63,065 bases of DNA, filler included, from Basidiobolus ranarum (GCA_040143965.1; 41 parts of 41 records of this genome joined end to end with filler, not necessarily neighbours in it), one strand, 5' to 3'. Shown: positions 12,365 to 26,250, counted from the first letter of the whole stretch. Translations and numbers: made by a program. Notes: generated from the sequence alone by a model not told the origin.

Positions 12365-13808
12365 TAGGCAATTTTTGATCATTTTGCTTAAATAATGAAG
12401 TCCAGTATGGCCAAATCCCTTATGCCACAATTGAATAGTTTCTTGATTGGAATAACTTATATTTACACATAAACCTCTTGGATTATATGTAAGTTTGTAT
12501 AAGTTCTGATCCTTTTCTCCCAAATCTAAATAATTCCCATTTTGATCAGTGATGGTGCATCCTGACTTATCATAATTGAATTTTAGCCATTCTGAGGTGG
12601 CCTTGCATACAGATATTAAATTCCAGGCAATATCTGGAACATGTAGTACATCATTAAAAGTATATACTTTCTCTTCAAAAGCTCCAGTTAAATTGACTTG
12701 AAATGTTCCCATTCCAATAGCATCTAATGCATGGTATCTCCCATGAAAACCTTTCTGATTGGGATTTCTTCATAATCCACAAACCAATGTGTTTCATTTG
12801 TGAAATGTTGGGAAGCTCCAGAATCAATATACCACATCTGAGAATCCTTATTGGTAGTCATAGATAGAACATATATGAACTAGTGATCTTCTGTTGTAAC
12901 CACATTTCTAGATTCAGTACGTTTTTCTTCTTTTGCAATTCTTTTAAAGCAATCTTTGCTTAAATGGCCACTTCTTTTACAGTAGTGACAGAATGTGTTA
13001 CTTTTCCTCTTATAGTGCTTTTGATCTTTGTAGGAAGGTTTCCCATAGCCCATGTAATCATTTTTTTCCTTCTTTTGGTTGAGTCCTGATTTGCATAAAT
13101 CTTCATCCAGAAGTCTGCCAAATACATAATTTAAGGACAAATTTTCAGGTCTTGATTCTAGAGCCATTACTAGGCTCTAAAACTCGTGTTGCAGGCTAGT
13201 CAGGACTGTAACTATGATATCTTGATCAGTGGTAGGTATTCCAATGCATTCCATTTCAACCACTAAAGTAGTGACTACATTAATTAGTTATTTAATGTCT
13301 TCTGGTGGCTTCATCTTTAAGTTAAAGAATTGTCTTCTTAGATGCATCTTGTTGGCAGCAGAACTTGTTTGGTAGGTGTCTTCCAAGGCATTCTATACCT
13401 TCTTGGCAGTTTTAGCTCTTGAACATTGAATTAGAAATTTGTCTGTAACATTAAGACAAATTGTGCAAAGGCACTTTGTTGTTTTTTAATCTGGAGTAAA
13501 ACTTTAGTTTCAGATAGTTTTGCATTGTTTTCTTCTCCTGCAACAATGTCCCAAAGTCCTTTTTCTTGCTGCAGCATTTTCATTGTAATTTTCCAAACTT
13601 GATAATTGGTTCTATCTAATTTTCCAAAAAGGGAAAAGTTCCAAAAATTTGAGAAGTAGACATTACAGAGAGTGCAAGCTTGGGGCCCATAACCTGCTAA
13701 AGTATTTGGGAGCCTATTGGAAGTGGTTTGGAGAATTAGAGGAATTGGTGGTTTTCACTTATTGATTTATTTAGTAGAAAGTTGACATTTATAGTTTTGT
13801 CAAGATGT
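12365..13808 (-). mobile_element. Copia 5' end: LTR-B (13695-13808), PBS (13682-13694), gag (ATG 13663), CCHC knuckle, protease, GAG-pre-integrase
   Basis: GGTTATGGGCCCC after the LTR; KLDRTNYQVWK, CHYCKRSGHLSKDC, WYIDSGAS, LWHKGFGH. Confidence 0.93.
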
Positions 13809-15024
13809 NNNNNNNNNNNNNNNNNNNNNNNNNNNNNNNNNNNNNNNNNNNNTTAATTAATTAANNNNNNNNNNNNNNNNNNNNNNNNNNNNNNNNNNNN
13901 NNNNNNNNAGGTTCACGCCTTTGTTTCCCTTTTCCTTCCGATTCATTCAATAAAGAAAGTTCATGAACATTAACTTTAGTAAAGACTGTACATTGGTTCA
14001 ATTAGACCCGGTTAATAGATTTATTGTTAAGCTAGCTCAGTATTTCCATATTAGGATTTCTACATTAGTAGCAAAAGTTATGGTATCCGCGGATTAAGCG
14101 TTTAATCAACACAGTTTCTTGATAATACCACAGAGGGAGGATTCGCCCAAAGCATTAACTACCATTTATTTATCAAATATGTCTAGCGTTCACAATTCTA
14201 TATTTGAATAAACCTGTATTTCTTTACTATTCAAAGCTGCTATAATTCTAATACATAAAGCACTAAATTTCTTATGTCAAGTGCTCATTCAAACACTATC
14301 TTAGCAACAGCTCTTATTGGAGATACAGTGATTTGAAACTTGAGAATTGCTAGTTTCTTAAATTCTAGCAATAGAACCCTCTATTTTTGGCTTGTGAATA
14401 TAAAGATCTGTTAAATATTATGCCTCATATATAGCATACATTGATTTCACTCATCTATTTGCAATGCACACTACACCCACAACATTACTATTGGCAAATA
14501 TTCTCTTGTTTATGCAATAAAATCAAGCCATGCACATTTAAAGAGACCAACTTTGGCCTTACTTTCTGACAATTCTGCTCTACTACAGCAGCTGTATAAC
14601 TTCATCTTTGAACTCTGATTGAAAAACCCCTTATGTAAGGCAGGCATGACAGGTATAATCTATTTTGGGCTTGCTGTCCACTTTTGAGCACCAGGTTAGC
14701 AACTTAGATTGGAGTTGAATGATGTCTTTCACTTTGAGGGTTAAAACTTTTAGATAATGCAACATAGCAACTGGTGGTTGACAACATCAATAGACTACTC
14801 CAGATCAAACAAAGTTGGAGTAAAACAACTCTAATTTTGACTTTTCATTACCTAAGAGCACCTGTTTCTTTTTTATCTTTTGCTGAATACCATAATAAAG
14901 TGCTTCACAAGACAATGTTAGTCCATTTGCAATTCAATTCTGTATCAGAACCTCCAGTAATGATCACTAATATAGGAATGATATTATTTCTTTATCATCT
15001 TAGGAGCAACTACAGAAGCAGTAT

Positions 15025-15178
15025 CACTGACAAAAATAAAATCAATTTGATTTGAATCAGATCCACCCTTCTGCAGCACACAACCATCAAAAGGCCATTG
15101 CAATATCAATGCCCTGTATTCTGTCAGAGATTTTGATTGCATGATGGCAGCTTCTTAATAGCTCTGTGATGGTAATTC
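15025..15178 (-). mobile_element. Divergent CACTA right end (CACTG terminus), possibly family B
   Basis: CACTGACAAAAATAAAATCAATTTGA...ATCCACCCTTCT, colinear with but diverged from family A right ends. Confidence 0.65.
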
Positions 15179-15241
15179 TCATGATTCTGATCTTGGCATA
15201 TTCATCTACTGTAAATAGAACTCTTCTATTGTTAGATTATG

Positions 15242-15352
15242 TGTTGGAGGATCTTGACATAATGGGGGTAGACTTTGAGTATTAGAAGCAACTTATGATA
15301 GTGTGTTTTAGTTACTTTATTCTTAAGAGTATATGGTGACTTATATAGTAGA
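15242..15352 (+). mobile_element. LTR family E fragment
   Basis: TGTTGGAGGATC...; inverted copies at 30875-31000 and ~4445-4538. Confidence 0.6.
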
Positions 15353-15452
15353 NNNNNNNNNNNNNNNNNNNNNNNNNNNNNNNNNNNNNNNNNNNNTTAA
15401 TTAATTAANNNNNNNNNNNNNNNNNNNNNNNNNNNNNNNNNNNNNNNNNNNN

Positions 15453-16895
15453 CATGTGAGATCTTGAAATATCAAGCCTGAAACTGAAAAAATTGATTAA
15501 AATCAAGTCTAACTTGACAATTTTATGATGGTAAGTAAATGGTCAATCCCAAATGGATGGAAATTGTGATGGTCTTCCTACAATAAGAATCCTCAAATTT
15601 CTGCTAGTGGAACAAGCAGATGTGTCATTGCTTGAATAGAAAAACCAATAGCTGATAAAAATAACTACATGTATATCTATCTATCTTACCAAGAAGTCTG
15701 TCTTGCAGCTTTCCTAAAAATACCATTAGATCATCACACCAACAAATTAGTCTGAATTATAGAGGTACTTTCTCCCAAACAAAAATAAAATTGATTTGAT
15801 CTGGATTAGATCCACCCTTCTAAATTGCAATACTGTCAGAGAGCCACCACAATATTGGTGGCTAGCAGTCTGCCAGGGATTTTGATGGTGTGATGGTGGC
15901 TACTTGATGGTATTTTGATGGGTTTCATACATGTGAAATATTGATCCTCATATTTGGCATGCATAATTTAATATCTGGCAATTTTTGCAAGAATCTAATT
16001 TTTGAATATCTAATGACTTGGTATACTGCTAAAGGAATTTCATTCAATATGCATGCCTTTATTTAGATATTTTTGGCTTTGTATTCCAGCCATAATGAGA
16101 TTCAAAAAATACAAGAATCTTGTTATGTTTAGTCTCTACATATGCACATACTTGACTGATCAGACATAACACGTAAACATCAATATGCTACCAGCAAACC
16201 AATGATTAGAAAATTGCTCAACATCTGAAATTTTGAATAGCTCTGACACTTGGCAAATAGCTGACTGTTGTTACTGTTCACATTGAGAATAAGCTCTTGG
16301 ATTTTAGCAAACTTCCATAAAGAATTCAGCCAAGATATCCCCAACTTGCTATCAACAAATATCATGCCACAAGTAGATGAGTCATTGCTTAAATAGATTA
16401 CTCCATGGCTAAAGCAATAATACTGTATATCATGATCTATCTCACCAAGAAGTCTGTCTTGCAGCTTTCTTGAAATACTGTCAGAATATCACACAACCAA
16501 ATTAGTCCACATTTTAGAGGTACTTACTCTGTGTTCATGGATTGGGTTATGTTGCTGTTATTGTTCTCAAACAATGCAAAACCCATTTGCACATTGAAAA
16601 GAGCCCTTTGTTGGAAGGTTAATAAACTTTGGAGTCTCCTTAACCCATTGCATCACATCCATCACTGACTTTGCTGATACATTGTTAATCAGATTAGAAT
16701 ATGGTAATACTGACAATTTTACACCAAATATCAACTCACCACAGGTGCACTCCATTGGGAACTCCCAGAATGTATAGCAAGGGCCTATAATCTCCATGCA
16801 TTGTGAAAGATGCAGTAGGGAATGTATTGAATACTGGTATAGATTCTATTTATCTTCTTTAAACCTGTAATAAAGTTTTGCATGTCCAATTACAC
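15453..16895 (-). mobile_element. CACTA family A mosaic (left end at 15609, right end at 15774, transposase C-terminal part)
   Basis: ORF 16567..16797 IGPCYTFWEFPMECTCGEL matches the GP....W.FPMER..G.L motif of CACTA transposases. Confidence 0.88.
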
Positions 16896-17035
16896 NNNNN
16901 NNNNNNNNNNNNNNNNNNNNNNNNNNNNNNNNNNNNNNNTTAATTAATTAANNNNNNNNNNNNNNNNNNNNNNNNNNNNNNNNNNNNNNNNNNNNGTGGA
17001 ATAAAGATTAATTATCCAACACCTTCATGTAATTC

Positions 17036-18240
17036 TTATGCAGCATTCTGCTTAAACCCATGAATGACTATGCCTGCTCTTAACTTTTCAACACTAGTAA
17101 TTTTGGATTGTTTTGTTAGTTTCTCTGCAATCATGTTTATAGTGTTCCAACAAACAAAGTTCTCTTCTTTGCCTTGAAATTTCTCTTCTGTAAAATAATG
17201 ACTTGTGCAAATATGTTTCATCCTTCGGTGATGTTCAGGATCATTGGCAATCTCAATATAGCAAATATTTTCTTGATGCTACAGGGTAGGATTAACTTGA
17301 GTATATCTTGCTTCCTTGAGGAAACTTCTTAGCCATGTAGCTTCTTGCACCACCATAGGGCTTCCCATATGTTCTGCTTCTGTAGCTGATAATACCACAG
17401 CTTGTTGTTCCTTAGTAATCCAGCTAACTGGTCCACTAGCTAGCTTAAGCATACATCTAGTTTTTGGCTTTCAGTCTTCTGTACAATTAGCCCAGATTGC
17501 ATAAGCATATCCTTCCATATTGTCAGACATGGTGTACTACTTGCTAAGTTGAATTTGATGAAGTCTTGTTCCTTTAAGATAGTGTACTATCTGTTTCACA
17601 GCTATCTAATGTTTATTGAAGAATTTTCCATATATTTGCTTTCCATGCTTACAGCTTTAGCAACATCAGGCCTTGCATCAGCTGTCTCATTTACAAGACT
17701 TCCAACTGCACCATGCTCAGGAATTTGTTTTCTGACCTCACTATTCTCTCAGTTATTTGGTACCATATTGTTAGTGGCTTTCAGCATATGCAGTAGATTT
17801 GAATATGCTTTACATCAGACCCTATTGAATCAGTTCAAGAGAACTTTGATGTATTTTTCTTATGCAATATGGAGTGTTCAAATACCAAATTGGTGATATA
17901 TCTACATTCCAAGACAATATACCAGTGATTCAAGGACTTGCATATCTGACTTTGAAGACATCTTGGTTTTGATTTGTTGTATCAGATATTAGCAATTACC
18001 AACTATTGTGATATCATCAAAATAGAGAGTAATTATGTTTGTTCATTTTGATGGCCTTGACATATATGTTGTGATCAGCTGTGCTACATTGGAAAAGATG
18101 CTTCATGAAGAAATAATCAATTTTAGTGTTCTACATGCAAGAGGCTGGTTTGATACTTTGTGAACTTCAATGTAGTTTGCATATGTGATGTTTTCTCCTT
18201 TGGCAATTTATCTCTCTGGTTTAGCCATGTAATAGTGTCT
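17036..18240 (-). mobile_element. Heavily decayed copia RT/RNase H
   Basis: ITLYFDDI (YVDD site) near 18020; HHRRMKHI and MIAEKLTK at the RNase H end. Confidence 0.75.
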
Positions 18241-19547
18241 TAGCATCCATTTGTTTAACCAGCATTGGCTTGATTGGGCACTATCTGGCATAAGGTTATT
18301 TACCATTTTGGAAACAGTTTACTTTAATTATGTTGTATATTTAGAAAAAGTACATTTAGACATTGTTCCACATTCAAAAGATGATGAAAGCTTTATTCAT
18401 AGTGTCTTAAGTCTAGAGCTCTCAATGGATATCTTTGANNNNNNNNNNNNNNNNNNNNNNNNNNNNNNNNNNNNNNNNNNNNTTAATTAATTAANNNNNN
18501 NNNNNNNNNNNNNNNNNNNNNNNNNNNNNNNNNNNNNNCCAATCTGATCCTTCAGTGACATTGATTTCAATGTGCTTGCCCACTTGAGACAAGGTATCTG
18601 CTCCTACATTGATGTTTCCAGAGCAATATGTGATAACCAAATCAAACTGTTGCAAATAGTTTTTACAGATTGGGGGCCATTAAATAATTTAGAAATGGGG
18701 CCACTAAAGTTGCCAATCACAATGCCAAAGGACCATTGTTAAAGATTGAATCCTCCTCTGGCAATGCATGGATAAAATGGGAGGACAAGAGTTAGTAATC
18801 AAGCAGTTGGGGAAGAATTAGATTTCAAGCTGCAGGAACTAGAGTTAAAATATCTCTTGCAAGACTGTGAGGGCCTGATCCTTGGTCAAATACAGTGGGG
18901 GGACACACTCTTTCCTCTGATGGTACAATATGACCAACCAAGCTTGTGGAACCTCTCATTGAAGTGGAATACTTGGGGGCCCTTTGCCAGAGTAGGTAGA
19001 GGGGTTGGTCTATTAGGCTAATGTACTGGAAGTAGTTCAACTCATTTCCAATCTGTGTGGGGAATATTCTTAGCCAATAACCAACAAGTAATAATTCTGT
19101 CTCAAATTTCACTAAAAGCACTGAAATCAAGCAGAACAACCTATTATAAGGTACTCTGAAATCAAGTAGCTATATGTATTTTGAAACATTAGGCAACACT
19201 GGACCAATTTGAACCTCAAAACCTGATTATAACTCTCAGGATACTGATGATTTCAACCCGCTGCTGGAGATCAGCATTTCATCTCTGGCAATGAAAAATA
19301 TGGTAATCAGAGAGTGGATATTTTTCTAGCCAATTGAGAATTGAGAAGTTAAGCTCCAAAACAAGACATAACTTACTCACCAATCATGTGCCTTTGAAAA
19401 ATCTTACTCTCAATATTGCTGATGTTGGATGCAATCAATCATTGGATACAGGCAATCAATTGCACCAATTACTCAATCAATCACTAAACTCAGGTAATCA
19501 GGTCTCAGAAATCCTACCAAGTGGAAATTGGAAACATTCCATAAGTG

Positions 19548-19868
19548 ATTATCAAACAAGCAAATTAGTCCAATTATAGAAGTACTTACTCTGTGTCCAT
19601 GGATTAGACTTTGTTGCTGTTATTGTGCTCAAACAATGCAAAAACCCAGGAGCACATTGAAAAGAGCCCTTTGTTGGCAGGTTAGTATACTCTGGAGTCT
19701 TCTTATCCTTCACATTACAACCATCACTGATTTTGTTGATACATTGTTATTCACATTAGCATACAGTAATACTGACAATTTCACACAGAGCATCATTTCA
19801 CCACAGGTGCACTCCATTGGGAACTCCTAGAATGTATAGCAAGGGCCTATAATCTCTAAGCATTGTGA
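19548..19868 (-). mobile_element. CACTA family A transposase fragment
   Basis: Homologous to 16490-16805. Confidence 0.85.
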
Positions 19869-19872
19869 CAGA

Positions 19873-19981
19873 ATTTTATTTTTCAAACCCAATTACGGAC
19901 TTTACGAAATTTTAATTCCAATCTTTCGGATTTTATTTCTCAAACCCAATTACGGACTTTACGAAATTTTAATTCCAATCT
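19873..19981. repeat. 57-bp tandem repeat, about 2 copies, cut by contig end
   Basis: aaacccaattacggactttacgaaattttaattccaatct starts at 19885 and 19942. Confidence 0.9.
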
Positions 19982-20081
19982 NNNNNNNNNNNNNNNNNNN
20001 NNNNNNNNNNNNNNNNNNNNNNNNNTTAATTAATTAANNNNNNNNNNNNNNNNNNNNNNNNNNNNNNNNNNNNNNNNNNNN

Positions 20082-21524
20082 CTACCATTGGTACTGGAAT
20101 AACCAAGGCCAACATCTAGCAGCAAGTCCTCAAAGTTGTCTGGAATTACTGGTTGGACCAAATTTCCATTTTGACCTACATCATTCTGGTCATATAACTG
20201 TGGTAACTCCATGGTATCTTGACTTTTGGCAGTATTATCAAAACTTTGAGGCAAACTACAATCAGTGGACTCAATGGGCAAAACTAAAGTCAATTTAGTA
20301 TACTTATTAATATTGTTGTACACCAGGCTTTCTACAGCTGGTGGCTTTGTACAGTGACCATGCTTGTGATTATTTTTCCAATGAAGCCTCTGGCTTACAT
20401 AGCACAGAATTTGCAACAATAATAGCAGGGCTTCTTGAAATATTTGTGTTGCAGTGTCAGAAGGGTATTGTAAAAAAAAAAATACCTCCCACTTATGGGT
20501 GGTATTTTAGGTATAGCCCATCAACATCATCAGCTGATTCTGAGAGGGTGTCACAGATGAGTCATCAGGGGATTTACAAGATATTTCCGGTAATGGATGG
20601 CAATTGTGGTTTATTATAAGCTGTGTCTAAGCAATTTCATTACACCAAGTTTACCATCTGAAAATTTCAATACCATTCAAAAAGCATTCAAAATTTAAGT
20701 CAAAATTGACTTCCAAGCTAAAGCCTGCTGGCACAAAAGGAAAAAAACCAGCAAGAACAGAGGACTTAATTGATGAGCAGTCTAGCAATCCACCTTCCAC
20801 TTTGGAAGGCATTAACCTGCCGGAAACTTACTCAGGTTATGACAAATCATTATTCAATTTACCAGATGTGTTTCTTTCCAGCAATAGTACATGTGAAGAT
20901 ATTGCAATCCTCCAATTCTGTAGTAAAACAATAGTTGAGCAAAGTTCAACAAAAACACCATCAAAACCATCAACTTCTAAAATTGCTACTTTGCCTACTA
21001 CTGAAGAACCCTCCATAGAAAATTTGGATAGAATTATTACAACAAGGGAATTGCCACCAGAACACCATAATGATTTGTATGCAATGATAAGCAAAAACTA
21101 TGAAGTTGCTATACATGCCATGACAAGCAATAATGCCACAATATTACAATTAATGCAGTGTTCAGAAGCAACTAGTCAATAGTTAGAGAGTCACTCAACA
21201 ATGATAGAGACCTTCAGAATGCTGTACTTGAGCTACAGCAACATGCTGCTCCCTCCGTCTGTTCTCATATGGAATTTCAATCCATCCCAGACCATACATA
21301 TGAATGTCACCATAACAATCTAGCAGAGCAGAATATGTGTTGGACCATTAAGCCTATACAACAACCCAAAATTGCTTGGGCACATAAAAGTAGAAATCTC
21401 ATAGGAAAACTGGCAAACCAAAAGACTCTTAATGTCAGAGCTGCCATCACTTGCTTGGATGATGAGTGGATTAACATTCTGGAAACTATGCAGGATCTTG
21501 CCCAATATCACCTGGATTTGAGCC
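20082..21524. mobile_element. CACTA family A centre: transposase N-terminus (-) and accessory ORF N-terminal half (+), head-to-head
   Basis: ORFs 20030..20419(-), 20706..21182(+) and 21269..21580(+) are homologous to those at 44678-45747 and 49726-50517. Confidence 0.88.
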
Positions 21525-21624
21525 NNNNNNNNNNNNNNNNNNNNNNNNNNNNNNNNNNNNNNNNNNNNTTAATTAATTAANNNNNNNNNNNNNNNNNNNN
21601 NNNNNNNNNNNNNNNNNNNNNNNN

Positions 21625-21874
21625 ACCCATTCCCTGGATGTTGATGCCCGAGCTCATTCCTACCTATGCTATCGGAGCTGCTAGTTCCACAGCCACTGCC
21701 GTCAACTGGTTGTTCAACTTTGTCATTGGCCAAACGTTCCCCCCAATGAAAGAAGGTCTTGGAGACTACTCCTTCCTTCCATTCGCTATCATCTGTGCTG
21801 TTGGTGTCGCATTCACTTTCTTCCTTGTCCCAGAGACCAAAGGTCGTAATCCTAATGAAATGGTCAAGCAGTAA
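21625..21874 (+). CDS. MFS sugar porter, C-terminal helices (5' truncated)
   Basis: PIPWMLMPELIP..A.S.ATAVNWLFNFVIGQTFP...VPETKGR is the sugar-porter C-terminal signature. Confidence 0.93.
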
Positions 21875-22648
21875 ATGTTATATTTAGCTAGTAGCCCCAT
21901 ATTCAAATATCCCAGGTGCTAAACATTAACGCTGAATAATAAAAATGTAAATACTGTTATTAATAAATAATACATTTAAATGAATCAAGGAGATTAAATT
22001 TTATCTAAAGTATGAAACACTAAGTTTATTACTACACACTTTGTAATCAATAATCGTGCATCAAAATAGCTTTTTAACTGAGGAACGACCTAAAAGATGA
22101 ATTAAATGTATAGAATAAACGCTTTTCATTGAAGATTAACCAAGTTTATTGGATTTTTTATTTAAGTTCATTGATGTAGCAGTATCAAATTGTTACTGTT
22201 GTATTTTCACTGAATTATTGCATCCCTCTAAGATATTTGTTGAAATTCGACCTGGTTGATACCGGGTAATAATTGGTTCCATGGAACTGCTAATAATATA
22301 CTCCCGTCTGGTAATGATTGGGACAAATCTGGAATGTATAATTTTGATCACAACATAGAGCAATATACAAAATCCATGAGAAACCTAGCCAAGAAACTAG
22401 CCTATGGATGAAGTCGGAAATGGATTTCTGCAATTGTAGAATTACAGTCAACTTTCCAGTAAAACGGGGTTTATCCAATGAGGATGGTTCAAATACCATA
22501 TTGAGGTAAAAATTAAGAATGGAATAAGCGGAACTCTTCTTTTAGTATTACTAGTATATTTTTATTTTCTTGAAATATGGTACATATGAAAGTCTATATT
22601 CAACACTGAATATTTGGTAACTACATAGAAATGATGAATTCGCTAGTA

Positions 22649-23066
22649 TTAATTGGCTAGCTTCTTGCAAGCCATCATAGCAGTCAAGGCAGCGCCTACA
22701 CCACTACCGTCTTGAGCCATAACGATGTTGATGTTAGATGCAACATCATCTCCCAACAAAAGAGCTACACATTTGGTCAAAGAATCGGAAAATCCTGGTA
22801 AGAATTGGTATACGCTACCATCAACACCGATTGTGACGCGCTTGGTCAAAAGATCCTTTCTTTTAAGAAGAACAGCTGATAAAGCAGCACCACTAAGTTG
22901 GGCAGCACGTTCAGCTACCAATTGGGCTACACATTTTACCAGAGCACGATCACCAGCCGATGTTTCGGGAATTCCCATAGTATTCTCCAAAATCAACTTA
23001 ATTTCTTCCAAATCTGCACTTTCATCAGATATGATGGATGACACATAGGCAGTGTCGAAGTTGAAT
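22649..23066 (-). CDS. Hexokinase/glucokinase, C-terminal part (5' truncated)
   Basis: FDTAYVS, VAERAAQLSGAALSAV, IGVDGSVYQFLPGF, AQDGSGVGAAL motifs. Confidence 0.95.
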
Positions 23067-23217
23067 NNNNNNNNNNNNNNNNNNNNNNNNNNNNNNNNNN
23101 NNNNNNNNNNTTAATTAATTAANNNNNNNNNNNNNNNNNNNNNNNNNNNNNNNNNNNNNNNNNNNNTGACAAGTATTTTCCATCTGTACCAGTTTACTCT
23201 ATCAGAAATACATATTA

Positions 23218-24608
23218 CCCTAACAGAAATTTGAGGATTGTTATTGTAGGATAACCATCACCATTTTAATCCATTTGGGATTGACCACTTACTTACCTTC
23301 ATAAAATTGTCAAGTTAGATTTGATTTTAATCAATTTTTTCAGTTACAGGAGTGAAATTTCAAGATCTTGCAAAATAGTTGCACATGAATGGCTACAATC
23401 TCTGAGAACTATAGATCAACATATGTGAAAAAAACTTAACTCAAATCTTACAAAATTACCACATGAATGATAATTTGTCACCTTCAAAATCCCTAGTCTC
23501 TTGGATATATTCTCTTGAATACTTTTATAGAGTTCTTCATACCCAAGGTTTAGCTCATACCCAACACAAGTTTGTATCAATATCTCTATCAAAGCCCACC
23601 ATTGTATTAATGTTACTGAATCAACATTCTTCCAGCTATCTGGCAGATACCCTGCAATATTGTGCCACTCTATATTAAGTTCTTACCAGATATCTGCATG
23701 TCAACACCGGACTGAATGTCAAGATCAATGTTCTTCTGCTGAACCCACTTTCTGCATACTAGCACTGTGTTTTTCCCTTTGTACTTTTGAAAATACTCCT
23801 CAAGCACTTTTACTATTTTCATACATCCATGTAGTACAACACTACTAAGGGTGCTTTCAGTGTTTATGTGGCTTTTTGACTGCCCTTAAGTTTGGGGCTA
23901 ATTTCAACACTCTGAAAAGTACCAGTTGAGGTTGGAGAGCTGTGAGCTTTATTTGCTGGTGTTTTGGCTGATAGAGAGTTGCCAGGTGTTAAATAAACTT
24001 CCAAATTTAGCACTCTTCCAATTGAAGTACCTGGTTCCATGGTAAAATAAAGCTTTTTTGCCATTAAATCTGACTCTAGAAATGCAAATCTTTGTAATGC
24101 CCTAACAAAAATAAAACCCATTTAATGTAGATTAGATCCACCCTTCTAGATCACAATATAATCAGAGAACCATCACAATATTGGTGGCTTGCATTCAGCC
24201 AGGGATTTTGATAGTGTGATGGTGGTTTCTTGATGGTATTTTGATGGTATTCATACATGTTAGAATATTGATCTTCTTATTTGGCATGTGTTATTAATTT
24301 CCAGCATTCTTTGCAAAAATAAAATTTTTGAACGGCAAATTACTAGGTTTACTGCTGCAGCAATTCAAATTAATACACATGCCTTTATTTAAATATTTTT
24401 GGCTTTGTATTCCAGCTATAATCAGAATCAAAAAATAAAAGAATTTTGTTTTGTTTAGTCTCTACATATGCACATACTTGACTGATCAGACATTGCTCAA
24501 CAACATTAATATGCTTTACCAGCAAACTAATGGTGGAAAAATTGCTAAACATCTGAAATTTTGAATAGCACTGACACTTGGCAAATAGCTGACTCTTGTT
24601 ACCATTCA
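23218..24608. mobile_element. CACTA family A: left end (23218) with accessory ORF 3' part, interrupted by an inverted right end (24100)
   Basis: CCCTAACAGAAATTTGAGG at 23218 and CCCTAACAAAAATAAAA at 24100. Confidence 0.88.
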
Positions 24609-24708
24609 NNNNNNNNNNNNNNNNNNNNNNNNNNNNNNNNNNNNNNNNNNNNTTAATTAATTAANNNNNNNNNNNNNNNNNNNNNNNNNNNNNNNNNNNN
24701 NNNNNNNN

Positions 24709-26150
24709 AAAGAAGTCAAGAACCTTCCAAGTAATGCCTGGTTTTTGGTTTTTCCACAATTGGCTCAAATCCAGGTGATTTTGGGCAAGATTCTGCACAG
24801 TTTCCAAAATGTTAAACCACTCATAATCAGAGCAAGTGATGGCAGCTCTGACATTCAGAGTCTTTTGGTTTGCAGGTTTTCCTATGAGATCTCTACTTTC
24901 ATGTGCCCAAGCAATTTTGGGTCATTGTGTAGGCTTGATGGTCCAACACATATTCTGCTCTGCTAGAATGTAATGGTGATCTTCATATGTATGGTGTGGG
25001 ATTTATTGAAATCCCATATAAGAATGGATGGAGGGAGCAGCATGTTGTTGTAGCTCAAGTACAGCATTCTGAAGATCTTGTATCAATGTTGAGTTACTCT
25101 CTAACTGTTGACTAATAGCTTCCAAATGCTGCATTAATTGCAATATTGGGGCATTAGTGCTTGTCATGGCCTGTATAGCAACTTCATAGTTTTTACTTAT
25201 GATTGAATACAAATCATTATGGTGTTCGGCCTCCAAATTCCTTATTACAATAATTCTATCCAAATTCTCAATAGTGGGCTGTTCAATAGTGGGCAAAGTA
25301 GCCATTTTGCAAGTTGATGGTCTTGATGGTGTTTTGATTGAACTTTGCTCAACTATTGAGTTACTATGTATTTGGGGGATTATGTTCTCTTCACTTGTAC
25401 TATTGATAGAGAGGAACACATCTGCTAAATTGATTTATGCTTCATCATTACTTGAGTTAGTTTCCGGCATGTTAATGCCTTCTAAAGTGGATAGTGGATT
25501 GCTACATGGCTCATCAATCAAATCCCCTGTTCTAGCTGGTTTTTTTCCTTTCATGCCAGCAGGATTTGGCTTGGAAGCCAATTTTGATTTAGATTTTGAA
25601 TGCTTTGTGAATGGCATTAAAATTTTCAGATGGTAAACTTGGTGTAATGAAATTTCTTAGAAACAGCTTATAATAAACCAAAGTTGCCTTCCATTACCGG
25701 AAATATTTTGTAAATCCCCCAATGACTCATCTGTGACACTGTCTCAGAATCAGCTGATGATATTGATGGGCCATGCCTGAAATACCACCCTTATGCAGGA
25801 GGTGTTCTTTTTTCTACAATATCCTTTGCATGCCACAACACAAATGGTTAAAGAAGCCCTGCTATTATTGTCACAAATTCCTGTGCCATGAAAGCAGGAG
25901 GCTTCATAGGAAAAATAATCACAAGCACAGTCACTGTAAAAAGCCACCAGCTGCACAAAGCCTGGTGTTTAACAACAGTAAAAAGTGTACTAAATCAACT
26001 TTAGTTTTGCCCATTGAGTACACTGACTGTTGTTTGCTCAAAGTTGTGGTAACACTGCCAAAAGTCAGGTTACTCTGGGGTTACCACAGTTATATGACCA
26101 GAATGATGTACGTCAAAATGTAACTTTGGTCAAACCAGTAAGTCCAGACA
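24709..26150. mobile_element. CACTA family A centre (accessory ORF -, transposase +)
   Basis: ORFs 25435..25617(-), 25003..25419(-) and 25773..26123(+) match 44678..44914, 20706..21182 and 45127..45747. Confidence 0.88.
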
Positions 26151-26250
26151 NNNNNNNNNNNNNNNNNNNNNNNNNNNNNNNNNNNNNNNNNNNNTTAATT
26201 AATTAANNNNNNNNNNNNNNNNNNNNNNNNNNNNNNNNNNNNNNNNNNNN

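Noticed and set aside
22250-22266. ACCTGGTTGAT, like the 5' end of 18S rRNA
   Set aside because: The match stops after 11 nt and no rRNA sequence follows.
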